Part shown: in pieces, positions 20,927 to 30,653 of the stretch
Numbering within the stretch: position 1 is the stretch's first letter
Layout of the letters: every line of letters starts with the position of its first letter
Origin: Alphaproteobacteria bacterium
Lineage (GTDB): Bacteria > Pseudomonadota > Alphaproteobacteria > Bin95
Assembly: GCA_965215305.1 (NCBI GenBank)
Contig: OZ244041.1
Location: 3,836,510-3,900,509, forward strand
DNA: 64,000 bases
Reading direction: 5' to 3'
Notes under the pieces: model-generated
The model's database searches: none
What the model was told of the DNA's origin: nothing
The model's input: the letters and a program-made list of their open reading frames with translations, nothing else
Made by a program: the position numbers and the translations under genes

Positions 20927-20950
20927 GGCGGCGGACTCTGCTCCGATTCC

Positions 20951-21424
20951 CTACCGGATGGAACCGGGTTCGAGGAAGATCAGCACGACCCCACCCGCAA
21001 TCAGGGCGACGCCGGCCCCTTGCCGCCACCCAAAGGGTTCGCCGAAGGTCAGCGCCGAGGCAATCACTGCGATCGCGACGGTGCCGGCGACGACCGTCGG
21101 AATGACCGCGCCGGCCCGCAGGGGCCTGTCGAGACCGATGCCGCCGAAAAGGTAGAAATAGCCGATCTCGGCGGCGCCGATGCACAGGCCCGCGAGCGCG
21201 GCCCAGACATAGGCCCTGGGCGTGAGCGAGAAGACATGGCCGCCCTGAATGGCCAGGAAACCCAGGAACAGCAGCGAGGTCGAAAGCGCGGCAGCCTGCA
21301 GGCAGACGGTCGCCAGCACGGTCGTGGTGGCCGCGGCCGGCACATGGGTCCCCGACAGTTTCACCAACAGGTTGTAGCCTGCATAAAGCAGCGTCACCGC
21401 CGCCAGGAGCATCGCAGCGACCAT
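20951..21424 (-). CDS. Small EamA/DMT-superfamily membrane transporter (single EamA domain)
   Basis: About 157 aa from MVAAMLLAAVTLLYAGYNLLVKL, with 4-5 hydrophobic helices. The N-terminal 49 codons of ORF-track frame 20951..21571 look non-coding. Confidence 0.55.
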   Translation of the reverse strand: MVAAMLLAAVTLLYAGYNLLVKLSGTHVPAAATTTVLATVCLQAAALSTSLLFLGFLAIQGGHVFSLTPRAYVWAALAGLCIGAAEIGYFYLFGGIGLDRPLRAGAVIPTVVAGTVAIAVIASALTFGEPFGWRQGAGVALIAGGVVLIFLEPGSIR

Positions 21425-21464
21425 GGGCGCCCTCCATCCGGTTTCCGGGGATTGGCCGGGTCGC

Positions 21465-22100
21465 TCAGGGGGCCGTGCTCCCGCCATAGCCGTCCATCGC
21501 GGCCAGCACGTCGTCCAGGGACCGCCGGGCGCCGGTCTGCAGATATTCCATAGCCCGCAAGGCGGCCTCATGCGCCTCCGGACCGGAGCCGGCGACGCAG
21601 TCCTCGATCACGCGACAGAAATAGTCGCCCTGATGGCCGTCGACGAAGGTATAATGGACGCAGACATCGGTCAGCCCGCCCGTCAATAGCAGCGTATCGG
21701 CCCTGAGCCCCCGCAGCAGGATTTCCAGATCGGTGCCATAGAAGGCCGAATAGCGGCGCTTCTGGATCAGGTAGTCTCCGTCGCGGAAGTCGATCACCTC
21801 CTTCGCAAGCGCCGTTTCCGGGTTGTTGTCGAGGCAGTGGATGTCCTCGCTGCCGTCGAGTTCGCGGCCGAAATCCACCAGGTCGGCCCGGTGAATCTCC
21901 TGGATGAACACGATCGGGATCCCCGTCTCGCGCGCCCGGTCGATGGCGAAGCGGGTCCGGGCCACCCGTTCGGCATAGTCCGGCATGTGCGGAATCGCGC
22001 GGGCTTCCTTCTTCACGAAGGCGGATTGCTGGATGTCGATGACGATCAGGGCCGGGCGGCCCTCGATCAGCTTGCGTTTCGGCGTTCCGGTGTCGGCCAT
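21465..22100 (-). CDS. Isochorismatase-family (cysteine hydrolase) protein
   Basis: 211 aa from MADTGTPKRKLIEGRPALIVIDIQ. The catalytic-Cys region is LLLTGGLTDVCVHYT. The long upstream extension of this frame (to 23369) overlaps the ABC ATPase in another frame and was rejected. Confidence 0.75.
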   Translation of the reverse strand: MADTGTPKRKLIEGRPALIVIDIQQSAFVKKEARAIPHMPDYAERVARTRFAIDRARETGIPIVFIQEIHRADLVDFGRELDGSEDIHCLDNNPETALAKEVIDFRDGDYLIQKRRYSAFYGTDLEILLRGLRADTLLLTGGLTDVCVHYTFVDGHQGDYFCRVIEDCVAGSGPEAHEAALRAMEYLQTGARRSLDDVLAAMDGYGGSTAP

Positions 22101-22168
22101 GCAAGGACCCCGCTCAAGGCCGCGCTGCGGCGTTCCGACGGCGGACTGTAGCGGATTTCCCGCCGAGG

Positions 22169-23278
22169 TCACGACGTCAGCACGGCGCCCGCCTCCGCCG
22201 GCCATGTCAGCACCGCCCGGTCTCCCACGGCGAAAGGCCGGGCGGGCGCGCTGCCGGCGTTCGGCCTCGAGACCCTGAGCACGCCCTCGGGGCTGGGGGC
22301 GATACGAACGCCGTAGATCGACAGCCCGCCGCGATAGCTGACATCCTCCACCTGCCCGACAAGCCGGTTGCATGCAGCGGCCAGGGGCTCCTCCTCCCCC
22401 GGCCGGGCGATGGTGATCTTCTCCGGCCGGACCGCGAGCCAGACGGCCCGGCCGTCTGCAACGCCGGGCGCTACACCCGCCGCCAGATGCGCGCCGAGCC
22501 CCGGCGCCTCTATCCGGAAGCCGCCGCTCGCAGTCCGGCGGCCGGTACCGGCGATCAGGTTGACGGCGCCGATGAAGCCGGCGGTGAAGCGGTCGACAGG
22601 ATGTTCGTAGAGTTCCGCCGGCGGCGCCGTCTGGCGGATCGTCCCGCCTTCCATGACCGCCACGCGGTCCGCCATGGACAGCGCCTCCTCCCGGTCGTGG
22701 GTCACCAGCACGAAGGCGATGCCGACCGTCTCCCTGAGACGGACGAGCTCGAAGCGCATCTGCTCGCGCAAGGGCGCGTCCAGGGCCGCGAGCGGCTCGT
22801 CCAGCAGCAGCGCCCTCGGCTGCTTGACGAGCGCCCTCGCCAGCGCCACCCGCTGGCGCTCGCCGCCGGAGAGCCGATCCGGCATCCGGCGGCCGTAGCC
22901 GCCGAGCGCCACCAGGTCGAGCGCTTCCTCCGCCCGCGAGCGCGCGGCCGCGCGCCCGACGCCTGCCGCGCGCAGCCCATAGGCCACATTGTCGAGCGCC
23001 GAGAGGTGGGGAAACAGGGCATAGGACTGGAAGACCGTGTTGACCGGACGGCGGTTCGCCGGCTCGAAGGTCATGTCCCGCCCGTCGATGAACACGGCCC
23101 CGGCATCGGGATGCTCCAGCCCCGCGAGCAGCCTGAGCACGGTCGTTTTCCCGCAGCCGGAGGGGCCGAGCAGTGCGAAGAATTCGCCCGTGCGGATTTC
23201 GAGGCTGACCTCCCGCACCGCCTCGACGGCGCCGAAGCTCTTTCGCAGCCCCGCCGCCCGGATGACCGGCGCCGTCAC
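22169..23278 (-). CDS. ABC transporter ATP-binding protein (PotA/PotG-like)
   Basis: Walker A GPSGCGKTT. Signature LSGGERQRVALARAL. Walker B LLLDEPLAALD. C-terminal TOBE-like domain. A GTG start overlaps the stop of the upstream permease (GTGA). Confidence 0.85.
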   Translation of the reverse strand: MTAPVIRAAGLRKSFGAVEAVREVSLEIRTGEFFALLGPSGCGKTTVLRLLAGLEHPDAGAVFIDGRDMTFEPANRRPVNTVFQSYALFPHLSALDNVAYGLRAAGVGRAAARSRAEEALDLVALGGYGRRMPDRLSGGERQRVALARALVKQPRALLLDEPLAALDAPLREQMRFELVRLRETVGIAFVLVTHDREEALSMADRVAVMEGGTIRQTAPPAELYEHPVDRFTAGFIGAVNLIAGTGRRTASGGFRIEAPGLGAHLAAGVAPGVADGRAVWLAVRPEKITIARPGEEEPLAAACNRLVGQVEDVSYRGGLSIYGVRIAPSPEGVLRVSRPNAGSAPARPFAVGDRAVLTWPAEAGAVLTS

Positions 23279-24126
23279 AGGAAGCCCTCCCGCAACCGCC
23301 GGTTCCGGAGGCCGACAGCAAGCGCAGCGGCGGCGGCCGTGACCGCGACCAGCACGGTCGAGGCGGCATTGACCTCGGGCGTCACAGAAAACCGCACCAT
23401 GGAATAGACCTTGACCGGGAAGGTGATCGTATCCGGCCCCGAGGTGAAGAAGGTGATGACAAAATCGTCCAGCGACAGGATAAAGGCGAGCAGCGCGCCC
23501 GCTATGAGCGCGGGTCGCATATGCGGGACGACCGTGTCGCGGAGCGCCGCCCAGGGCCCGGCCCCGAGGTCGCGCGCCGCCTCCTCCAGCTCCCGATTGA
23601 AGCCCGCCAGCCGGGCGCGGACGACGACGGCGACGAAAGGAAAGGCGAAGGAGACATGCGCGACCCCGATGCGCGAGAGGTTGAGCGGCCAGGGCAGGTC
23701 TTCGGGCCAGCCGATCCGCGAAAAGAAGACCAGCATCGCCACGCCCATGCAGATCTCGGGAATCACGATGGGGAGCGCAACGGCCCCCTCGCAGGCCCAT
23801 TTGAACCGAAAGCGGTAGCGCCAAAGCAGCCAGGCGGCGGCCGCGCCGAGACCCGTCGCCACCAGGGCGGTAAAGCCGGCGATCAGGAGCGAGTTGACGA
23901 ACGCCTCGATCAGCGCCTCATTGGCGGCGGCTTTCTCGTAATATTTCGTCGTGAAGCCGCGCCAGACGATGTTGCGCTTGCTGTCGTTGAAGGAGAAGGC
24001 GATGAGTGCGGCAAGCGGCGCATAGAGGAAGACGAAGACCGCAAGCAGGACGAGCCGCATCCAGGCCCGGCGCGTGTAGTCGAGCGGGCCTGGCGGCGGG
24101 CGGCGGCGCGTCGTCCGGCCCGTCAC
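23275..24126 (-). CDS. ABC transporter permease (PotC/PotI-like)
   Basis: 283 aa. Six TM helices with the EAA-like loop (ARDLGAGPWAALRDTVVPHMRPAL). Confidence 0.85.
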   Translation of the reverse strand: MTGRTTRRRPPPGPLDYTRRAWMRLVLLAVFVFLYAPLAALIAFSFNDSKRNIVWRGFTTKYYEKAAANEALIEAFVNSLLIAGFTALVATGLGAAAAWLLWRYRFRFKWACEGAVALPIVIPEICMGVAMLVFFSRIGWPEDLPWPLNLSRIGVAHVSFAFPFVAVVVRARLAGFNRELEEAARDLGAGPWAALRDTVVPHMRPALIAGALLAFILSLDDFVITFFTSGPDTITFPVKVYSMVRFSVTPEVNAASTVLVAVTAAAAALAVGLRNRRLREGFL

Positions 24127-25019
24127 CGGGCGCCTCGCCGGCTAGCGGCAAGCGCCGGACCCAGCGCCAGCGCGCCGAATGCGGCATAGATCAGCAGCAG
24201 AGACAGTGCGGCGCCGAACGGCCAGTCATTGGCCCGCTTGAACTGGCGCTCGATGACATTGGCGATCATCTGGCTGTCGGCGCCGCCGAGCAGGTCCGGC
24301 GTCAGATAGGAACCGAGCGCCGGGACGAAGACCAGCAACGTTCCCGCCAGGGCGCCCGGCAGCGCCGCCGGCATGACGACCGTCCAGAAGGCGCGTATCC
24401 GGCTGGCGCCGAGGTCGAGCGCCGCCTCGACCAGCGAGCGGTCCATCCGCTCCAGCGCCGCATAGAGCGGCAGCACCATGAAGGGCAGATGCGCATAGAC
24501 CAGCCCGACCACAACGGCGGTATCGTTGTAGAGCAGCGGCAGCGGCTCGAAAGGCAGACCCAGCCGCTCCGCCATCCAGCCGAGAACGGAATTCACATAG
24601 CCCCTCGTTCGCAGCACCGCGATCAGCGCATAGCTGCGGATGAGCAAATTGGTCAGGAACGGCAGCACGACCAGCAGCAACAGCAGCGGCTTCCAGCGCG
24701 CCGGCGCGAAGGCGACGCCGACCGCCACCGGCAGGCCGAGAGCAAGCGAGACCGCGGCGGTCAGCCCGGCAAGCCAGACGCTCCTCAGGAGAATGTCGAG
24801 ATAGAGGGGATCGAGCGCACGCAGATAGTTGTCGAGCGTCCAGACGATCTCGATCTCGACCAGCCCCTCCTGCCTGCCGAAGCTGAACACCCACACAAAG
24901 GCAAGCGGGGCGAGAAAGAAGAGCAGGAACCAGAGGCCGGGCGCCAGCGCCGCAAGGCCCGGCAGCAGGGCGCCCCGCTTCCGGCCTGGCCGGCGGCCGG
25001 TTTCGGCCTTTGCCGTCAA
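24123..25019 (-). CDS. ABC transporter permease (PotB/PotH-like)
   Basis: 298 aa. EAA loop ALDLGASRIRAFWTVVMP. 4-nt overlap with the downstream permease. Confidence 0.85.
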   Translation of the reverse strand: MTAKAETGRRPGRKRGALLPGLAALAPGLWFLLFFLAPLAFVWVFSFGRQEGLVEIEIVWTLDNYLRALDPLYLDILLRSVWLAGLTAAVSLALGLPVAVGVAFAPARWKPLLLLLVVLPFLTNLLIRSYALIAVLRTRGYVNSVLGWMAERLGLPFEPLPLLYNDTAVVVGLVYAHLPFMVLPLYAALERMDRSLVEAALDLGASRIRAFWTVVMPAALPGALAGTLLVFVPALGSYLTPDLLGGADSQMIANVIERQFKRANDWPFGAALSLLLIYAAFGALALGPALAASRRGAR

Positions 25020-26086
25020 GCCGCCCGGATCCGGGTCCAGGCCTCCTCATAGAGCCGCGCAGCCTCCTGGCCCCTATAGAGGGCCGGCTCGCAGGCCGCG
25101 AGTGTCTCCGCGCCCGGGAAGATGCCCGGGTTCCCGGTATAGCTTTCCGGCAGCAGCGCCTTCGCGGCCGCATTCGGCGTCGCATAGCGGATCGCCTGCG
25201 CGATGGCCGCGCCGGCCTCGGCCTCCAGGATGAAATTTATGAAGGTGTGCCCGTTTTCTGGGTGCGGCGCGCCCCGCGGGATGGCGAGCGCATCCTCCCA
25301 CAGGATCGACCCCTCGCGCGGCACGACATAGGAGATGTCGTCGTCCTCCGCCATCGCCTGCAATATGTCGCCGTTCCACTCCATCGCGATATCCACCTCG
25401 CCGGAGAGCAGCAGGTCCTGCCCGGTGTCCGGCGCAAACAGCTTGAGATGCGGCTTCTGCCGGACAATCAGCGCCTCGGCCGCCGCGATGAGCTTCGGGT
25501 CAGTGGTGTTGAGCGGATGGCCCATATATTTGAAGGCCGCGCCCAGCACCGTGGCCGCCTCGCTCTGCAATGCGCAGCGCCCGCTGTAACGGTCCGAGTC
25601 GTAAAGCCAGCGCCAGCTGTCCGGCACGCCGTCGCAGCGCGACTTGCGGTAGCCGATGCCCATCGTGCCCCACATATAGGGGATGGAGTGGCGCCGGCCG
25701 GGGTCGAAGGCGACATCCCGGAAGGCAGGCTCGATATGCGCCATATTGGGAATGGCCGCATGGTCGAGCGGCATCAGCATGTCGGCGGCGATCATGCGCT
25801 CGACGAAATCATTGGTCGGCACGATGACGTCATAGCCGGGATTGCCCGCCCTCAGCCTTGCGAACAGCTCGTCATTGTCCGCATAGAGGTCCATCCGCAC
25901 CGCTATGCCGGTAAGCGTCTCGAAATCCGCCAGAGTGGTCTCGCCGATATAGGTGTCCCAATTGTAGAAATTGAGCCGGGGCTCTTCACCGGCGAACACT
26001 GTCCGCGGCAGGAACGAGAGGCCCGCCGCTGCGGTGCCCGCGAGGAAGTGGCGGCGCGTCGGCCGGGTTCCAAGAACCGGGTGCAT
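25016..26086 (-). CDS. Periplasmic substrate-binding protein of a polyamine/opine-type (PotD/PotF-like) ABC transporter, with Tat signal
   Basis: Twin-arginine signal TRRHFLAGTAAAGLSF. SBP_bac_1-like fold. 4-nt overlap with the downstream permease. Confidence 0.8.
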   Translation of the reverse strand: MHPVLGTRPTRRHFLAGTAAAGLSFLPRTVFAGEEPRLNFYNWDTYIGETTLADFETLTGIAVRMDLYADNDELFARLRAGNPGYDVIVPTNDFVERMIAADMLMPLDHAAIPNMAHIEPAFRDVAFDPGRRHSIPYMWGTMGIGYRKSRCDGVPDSWRWLYDSDRYSGRCALQSEAATVLGAAFKYMGHPLNTTDPKLIAAAEALIVRQKPHLKLFAPDTGQDLLLSGEVDIAMEWNGDILQAMAEDDDISYVVPREGSILWEDALAIPRGAPHPENGHTFINFILEAEAGAAIAQAIRYATPNAAAKALLPESYTGNPGIFPGAETLAACEPALYRGQEAARLYEEAWTRIRAA

Positions 26087-26156
26087 CGCGGTCTCCCCAA
26101 GCTTTCCGGAGCGAGAGCCGGGCGAGTGTCGAGTGGGTGCGGGGACAAGTCAAATG

Positions 26157-26162
26157 CAGGAG
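26157..26162 (+). promoter_or_regulatory. Strong Shine-Dalgarno (AGGAGG) 9 nt upstream of the ATG at 26172
   Basis: Sequence AATGCAGGAGGTGCAACGAATGCATG read directly. Confidence 0.6.
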
Positions 26163-26171
26163 GTGCAACGA

Positions 26172-27014
26172 ATGCATGCCAGAATCGGCGGTGACACGCG
26201 AATTATCGCGCATCTTGGCGTGCCGACGACGACCTTCAGGTCGCCGCTCATCTACAATCCCTGGTTCCGGAGCCGGGGCATCGACTGCGTGATGGTGCCG
26301 ATGGGGTGCGAGGCGGCGGATTTCGCGGCCTTCCTGCCGCTCGTCTTCCGCCTGCGCAACATAGCGGGCGCGCTCGTTACCATGCCGCACAAGAGGGCGG
26401 CGGCGCGCCTGCTCGACGAGGCGGGCCCGGCCGTCGCGATCTGCGGATCGTGCAACGCGGTGAAGCGAGGCGAAGACGGACGGCTGATCGGAGACATGTT
26501 CGACGGCGAAGGCTTCGTTGCCGGCCTAAGGAGCAAGGGGCGCACAGTCGAGGGCGTCTCGGCGCTCGTGGTCGGATCGGGCGGCGCCGGCGCCGCCATA
26601 GCGGCCTCGCTGGCGGGGGCCGGCGCAGCGCGCCTCGCCCTGTTCGACATCGACAGCCGGGCTTCGGAGAGCCTTGCCGGCCGGTTGCGCAGCCATTATC
26701 CGGAGATCGCGCTTGAGACCGGATCGAACGACCCGCAGGGCCACCGCATCGTCGTGAACGCATCCCCGCTCGGCATGAAGCCCGGCGACCCTCTCCCGAC
26801 GGACCCTGAGCGCATCGAACCGGGCAGCTTCGTCGGCGATGTCGTGCTGACGCGGGAGGAGACCCCCTTCCTCGCCGCTGCCCGCGCCGGGGGGTGCCAG
26901 ACCCAGGCCGGAATTGACATGGTGTTCGAGCAGGCCCCGGCCTATCTGGACTTCTTCGGATTTCCCGCTGCGACGCCGGAAGAACTCCGCCGGCTCGCCG
27001 AACTGGACGACTGA
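26172..27014 (+). CDS. Shikimate/quinate 5-dehydrogenase-family protein (AroE-like)
   Basis: Substrate-binding N-terminal domain (GVPTTTFRSPLIYNPWF). Rossmann motif VVGSGGAGAAIAASL. 280 aa from MHARIGG. Confidence 0.7.
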   Translation: MHARIGGDTRIIAHLGVPTTTFRSPLIYNPWFRSRGIDCVMVPMGCEAADFAAFLPLVFRLRNIAGALVTMPHKRAAARLLDEAGPAVAICGSCNAVKRGEDGRLIGDMFDGEGFVAGLRSKGRTVEGVSALVVGSGGAGAAIAASLAGAGAARLALFDIDSRASESLAGRLRSHYPEIALETGSNDPQGHRIVVNASPLGMKPGDPLPTDPERIEPGSFVGDVVLTREETPFLAAARAGGCQTQAGIDMVFEQAPAYLDFFGFPAATPEELRRLAELDD

Positions 27015-27111
27015 AGGCGGCAGGCTCCGCGGTTCGGCGCGGGCTGCTGCGCTCTGCCTGCGGCAAAGGCTTGACACAGGCGAAGCCGTGATAGACTGGC
27101 AACCGCGGAGA

Positions 27112-27135
27112 GGCGGCTTCCGGAGCCGCCTTTTC
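27112..27135 (+). terminator. Rho-independent terminator-like hairpin GGCGGCT-TCCGG-AGCCGCC followed by TTTTCG
   Basis: Read directly. It lies about 100 nt downstream of the AroE-like stop and about 40 nt downstream of a TTGACA-N15/16-TAGACT promoter-like element. Confidence 0.4.
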
Positions 27136-27284
27136 GATTCCGGAGACGCGGAGACCCGGGAGAAATACCGGAAACGGACCGGGGATATGCGCCCGGCGCA
27201 GAGAGCGTCCATGACAAAGCATGACATTCTGAGACAGGCCCGGCGGCGGTGCCGGACCATCCCGGCCTCCGCGCCGGTATCGCG

Positions 27285-28217
27285 ATGCGAACGGTGAGAT
27301 ACGGCCCGATGCTGGCCCGGTTCCAGGCCCTGCCGCCCGTCGCGCAGGGCATGTTGCTGATGATCGTCACCACGCTCTGCTTCACCACGATGCAGACGAT
27401 GGTGCGGCTGATGGGCGAGGCACTGCCGCCTTTCGAGGTTGCGTTCTTCCGCAACCTTTTCGGCCTGCTCGCGCTTGCGCCGATTTTCCTGCGCCACGGC
27501 ATTGCCCCCCTGCGCACGAAGATGCTGCATCTCCATGCGTTGAGAGGCGCGGTGCAGGCGGGCGGGATGCTGGCCTTCTTCACCGGGGTCACAATGATTC
27601 CGCTCGCCGAGGTTACGGCCCTGTCCTTCTCCGCGCCGCTGTTCGGCAGCCTTCTGGCGGTGGTCCTGCTCGGCGAGATCATCCGCATGCGCCGCATCAC
27701 GGCGCTGGTCGCGGGCTTCGCCGGCGTGCTGCTGGTGTTGCGCCCGGGTTTCGCGGAGGTCAGCACGGGCGCCCTGCTGATCGTCGCCTCCTCACTCACC
27801 TGGGGGCTGGCGATCACGCTCATCAAGGTGCTGGCGAGAACCGAATCGAGCGTGACGCAGACCGTCTATATGGGCCTGTTCATGACCCCGATCACCTTCC
27901 TCCCGGCGCTCCTCGTCTGGGAATGGCCGGCCCCGGAGCATTATCTCTGGTTCGCGGCCATCGGCGCTGTAGGCACGGTCGGCCACCTTGCCTTCGCCCA
28001 GGCCGTCAAGACCGCCGATTCGACGGCCGTGCTGCCGCTCGACTTCCTGCGGCTCATCTGGGCGAGCCTGGTCGGATATTTCCTTTTCGCCGAGACGCCC
28101 GATGCGTGGTCCTGGCTCGGCGGTGCGGTCATTTTCGCATCCGCCACCTATATCGCCTACCGCGAAAGCCGGCTGGCGCGGTCGAGGAAGGGTCACGATG
28201 CTTCCACCGACACTTGA
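27285..28217 (+). CDS. DMT-superfamily (EamA/RhaT-like) 10-TM transporter
   Basis: Two EamA-like halves with hydrophobic helices throughout. The start is uncertain: 27249, 27285 or 27309. Confidence 0.7.
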   Translation: MRTVRYGPMLARFQALPPVAQGMLLMIVTTLCFTTMQTMVRLMGEALPPFEVAFFRNLFGLLALAPIFLRHGIAPLRTKMLHLHALRGAVQAGGMLAFFTGVTMIPLAEVTALSFSAPLFGSLLAVVLLGEIIRMRRITALVAGFAGVLLVLRPGFAEVSTGALLIVASSLTWGLAITLIKVLARTESSVTQTVYMGLFMTPITFLPALLVWEWPAPEHYLWFAAIGAVGTVGHLAFAQAVKTADSTAVLPLDFLRLIWASLVGYFLFAETPDAWSWLGGAVIFASATYIAYRESRLARSRKGHDASTDT

Positions 28218-28274
28218 ACAAGCCGGCAAACGGCTATATAACAATGGAAAATTTGACATTCCGGAGTCATTTCG

Positions 28275-30653
28275 ATGACGACCGCGACCATGCGTTCCGA
28301 ACGGCCGGTATTGTTCCCGCCCCGGCTGCGCCGCGGCCTCCGCCGGCTGGGTCTGAGGGCGCTCGGCAGCGCGCAATTGGCCGTCGGGCTGGCGCTCGCG
28401 CTCGCGCTGGTCACCTACGACGCCTCCGATCCGTCCGCCAATGTCGCCTCCAGCGGCTCGACCTCCAATGTGCTCGGCGGCGCCGGCGCGTGGATTGCGG
28501 ATTGGCTGCTACGGGGTTTCGGCCTGGCCGCTGCGGCCGCGGCCATTGCCCCGATCGCCTGGGGATGCCGCGGGCTGAAACTGAAGTGGACGCGCCACAC
28601 CGCCCTGCGACTGGCCGCCCTGGCGCTCGTCCTGCCCTGCCTCGCCATGGGGCTGGCGGCGTTCCAGGGTGTCGCGGACTGGCCGCTTCGCGAGGAGCCC
28701 GGAGGCGTCCTCGGAACCGTGCTGCGCCAGCAGACGGACCTGCTGCTGGGCGGTCAGGCATGGGTCGTCCATGCCGTCGCGTTCTGCCTGGGCACATTGC
28801 TTGCGGCCTGGGTGTTCGGCTTCGACCTGGAGGACTGGGCATGGGTCGGCGCCGGCGTGGTCGCAACAGGGCGGGCGTTTCGGCGTGCTGCCGGCCTGTT
28901 GCCCGTGCCGTCGGTCGGCCTTTCCGGCCATGGCAGGCCAACGGAAACGCCGCAGCGCACCCGGCGCCGGACGGCGCCCGCGCTGCGGCAGGCCGGAGTC
29001 GAGGAGACCGACATGGCGGCGCCCGCGGAAGCGGGAGAGGACGTGCCGTCCGTACCGCCCCCGCCCGCTGCCCCGGAACAACCGCCTCCCCGGCGCCGGA
29101 AACGGGGACCGGCGATCCAGCAACGCAGCCTGCCGCTGGACGACGGCTATATGCCGCCGCCGGTCGACATGCTGCAATTGCCGCCGCCGGACGCCGTGCG
29201 CGGTCGGCCGGACGAGGAAACCCTGGAGCGCAATGCGGCGCTGCTGATGTCGGTGCTGGAGGATTTCGGTATCGGCGGCGAGGTGGTCGCAACGCGCCCG
29301 GGTCCGGTGGTGACGCTCTACGAATTCGAGCCGCAGGCGGGGATCAAGTCGTCCCGCATTATCGGCCTCGCGGACGACATCGCGCGCTACATGTCGGCAA
29401 TTTCGGTGCGCGTGGCCCTTGTCCCCGGCCGCACGGTGATCGGTATCGAAATGCCGAACCGGATCCGCCAGACGGTCTTCATGCGCGAGCTGATCGAGAC
29501 CGACGCCTACGAGCGTTCGAAGGCGGACCTGCCGCTGATACTCGGCAAGGATATCGGCGGGGCCCCCAAGATCGCCCAACTGGAGAGTATGCCTCACCTG
29601 CTGATCGCCGGCACCACGGGTTCCGGAAAGTCGGTCGCGATCAACACCATGATCCTTTCCCTGCTCTACAGGCTGCCGCCCGAGCGCTGCCGGCTCATCA
29701 TGGTCGATCCGAAAATGCTGGAACTCTCCGTCTATGAGGGTATCCCGCATCTTCTGACCCCGGTCGTTACCGATCCCAGAAAGGCGGTCGTCGCGCTCAA
29801 ATGGACCGTGCGCGAGATGGAAAACCGCTACCGCGCAATGTCGGCCCTCGGCGTGCGCAATATCGGCGGCTACAATGCGCGCATTGCCGACGCGCTCGGC
29901 CAGGGCGAAACCCTGACCCGCCGGGTGCAGACCGGCTACGATCCGGAGACGGGCGCGCCGGAGTTCGAGGACCAGCCGCTGGATATGCGGCCGCTGCCCT
30001 TCATCGTGGTGGTCATCGACGAACTCGCCGACCTGATGCTGGTCGCGCGCAACGATATCGAGACGGCGATCCAGCGCCTCGCCCAGATGGCGCGGGCCGC
30101 CGGCATCCACCTGCTGATGGCCACCCAGCGGCCCTCCGTGGACGTCATCACCGGCACGATCAAGGCGAATTTCCCGACCCGGATCAGCTTCCAGGTCACC
30201 TCGAAGATCGACAGCCGCACCATTCTGGGCGAGGGCGGCGCGGAGCAGCTTCTGGGCCAGGGCGACATGCTGTTCATGGCCGGCGGCGGCCGCATCGCCC
30301 GTATCCACGGCCCCTTCATCTCGGACGAGGAAGTCGAGGAAATCGTTGCCTATCTGAAGACTCAGGGCGCGCCCGACTATCTCGACGCAATCACCGAAGA
30401 CGAGGAAATCGCCTCCGGGATTCCGGGTTTCGATAAGGAAGAAGGCGTGTCGGGAGGTGACGACCTCTATGACCGCGCCGTGGCCTTCGTCGCCCGCGAG
30501 CGCAAGGTGTCCGTCAGCCTCGTCCAGCGCCATCTGAGAATCGGCTATAACCGCGCCGCGCGCATTGTCGAGGAAATGGAGGCCCAGGGCGTGGTCAGCG
30601 GACCCAACCATCAGAACAAACGCGAGGTGCTGGTAGGCGGACATGACGATTGA
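28275..30653 (+). CDS. ftsK: DNA translocase FtsK
   Basis: N-terminal TM domain. Motor domain with Walker [10 protein letters not shown] and Walker B. C-terminal gamma/KOPS-recognition winged helix ([30 protein letters not shown]). Confidence 0.9.
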   Translation: MTTATMRSERPVLFPPRLRRGLRRLGLRALGSAQLAVGLALALALVTYDASDPSANVASSGSTSNVLGGAGAWIADWLLRGFGLAAAAAAIAPIAWGCRGLKLKWTRHTALRLAALALVLPCLAMGLAAFQGVADWPLREEPGGVLGTVLRQQTDLLLGGQAWVVHAVAFCLGTLLAAWVFGFDLEDWAWVGAGVVATGRAFRRAAGLLPVPSVGLSGHGRPTETPQRTRRRTAPALRQAGVEETDMAAPAEAGEDVPSVPPPPAAPEQPPPRRRKRGPAIQQRSLPLDDGYMPPPVDMLQLPPPDAVRGRPDEETLERNAALLMSVLEDFGIGGEVVATRPGPVVTLYEFEPQAGIKSSRIIGLADDIARYMSAISVRVALVPGRTVIGIEMPNRIRQTVFMRELIETDAYERSKADLPLILGKDIGGAPKIAQLESMPHLLIAGTTGSGKSVAINTMILSLLYRLPPERCRLIMVDPKMLELSVYEGIPHLLTPVVTDPRKAVVALKWTVREMENRYRAMSALGVRNIGGYNARIADALGQGETLTRRVQTGYDPETGAPEFEDQPLDMRPLPFIVVVIDELADLMLVARNDIETAIQRLAQMARAAGIHLLMATQRPSVDVITGTIKANFPTRISFQVTSKIDSRTILGEGGAEQLLGQGDMLFMAGGGRIARIHGPFISDEEVEEIVAYLKTQGAPDYLDAITEDEEIASGIPGFDKEEGVSGGDDLYDRAVAFVARERKVSVSLVQRHLRIGYNRAARIVEEMEAQGVVSGPNHQNKREVLVGGHDD

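Noticed and set aside
21465-23369. 634-aa minus-strand ORF apparently fusing the isochorismatase-family protein to a long N-terminal extension
   Set aside because: The extension overlaps the ABC ATPase gene (Walker A/B and signature motifs) in a different frame. Only the 3' 211 codons (21465..22100) show isochorismatase-family sequence.
27015-27284. Possible small protein MTKHDILRQARRRCRTIPASAPVSRCER in the AroE-DMT spacer
   Set aside because: It is part of a GC-rich frame overlapping the AroE-like 3' end, and has no SD or conservation evidence.
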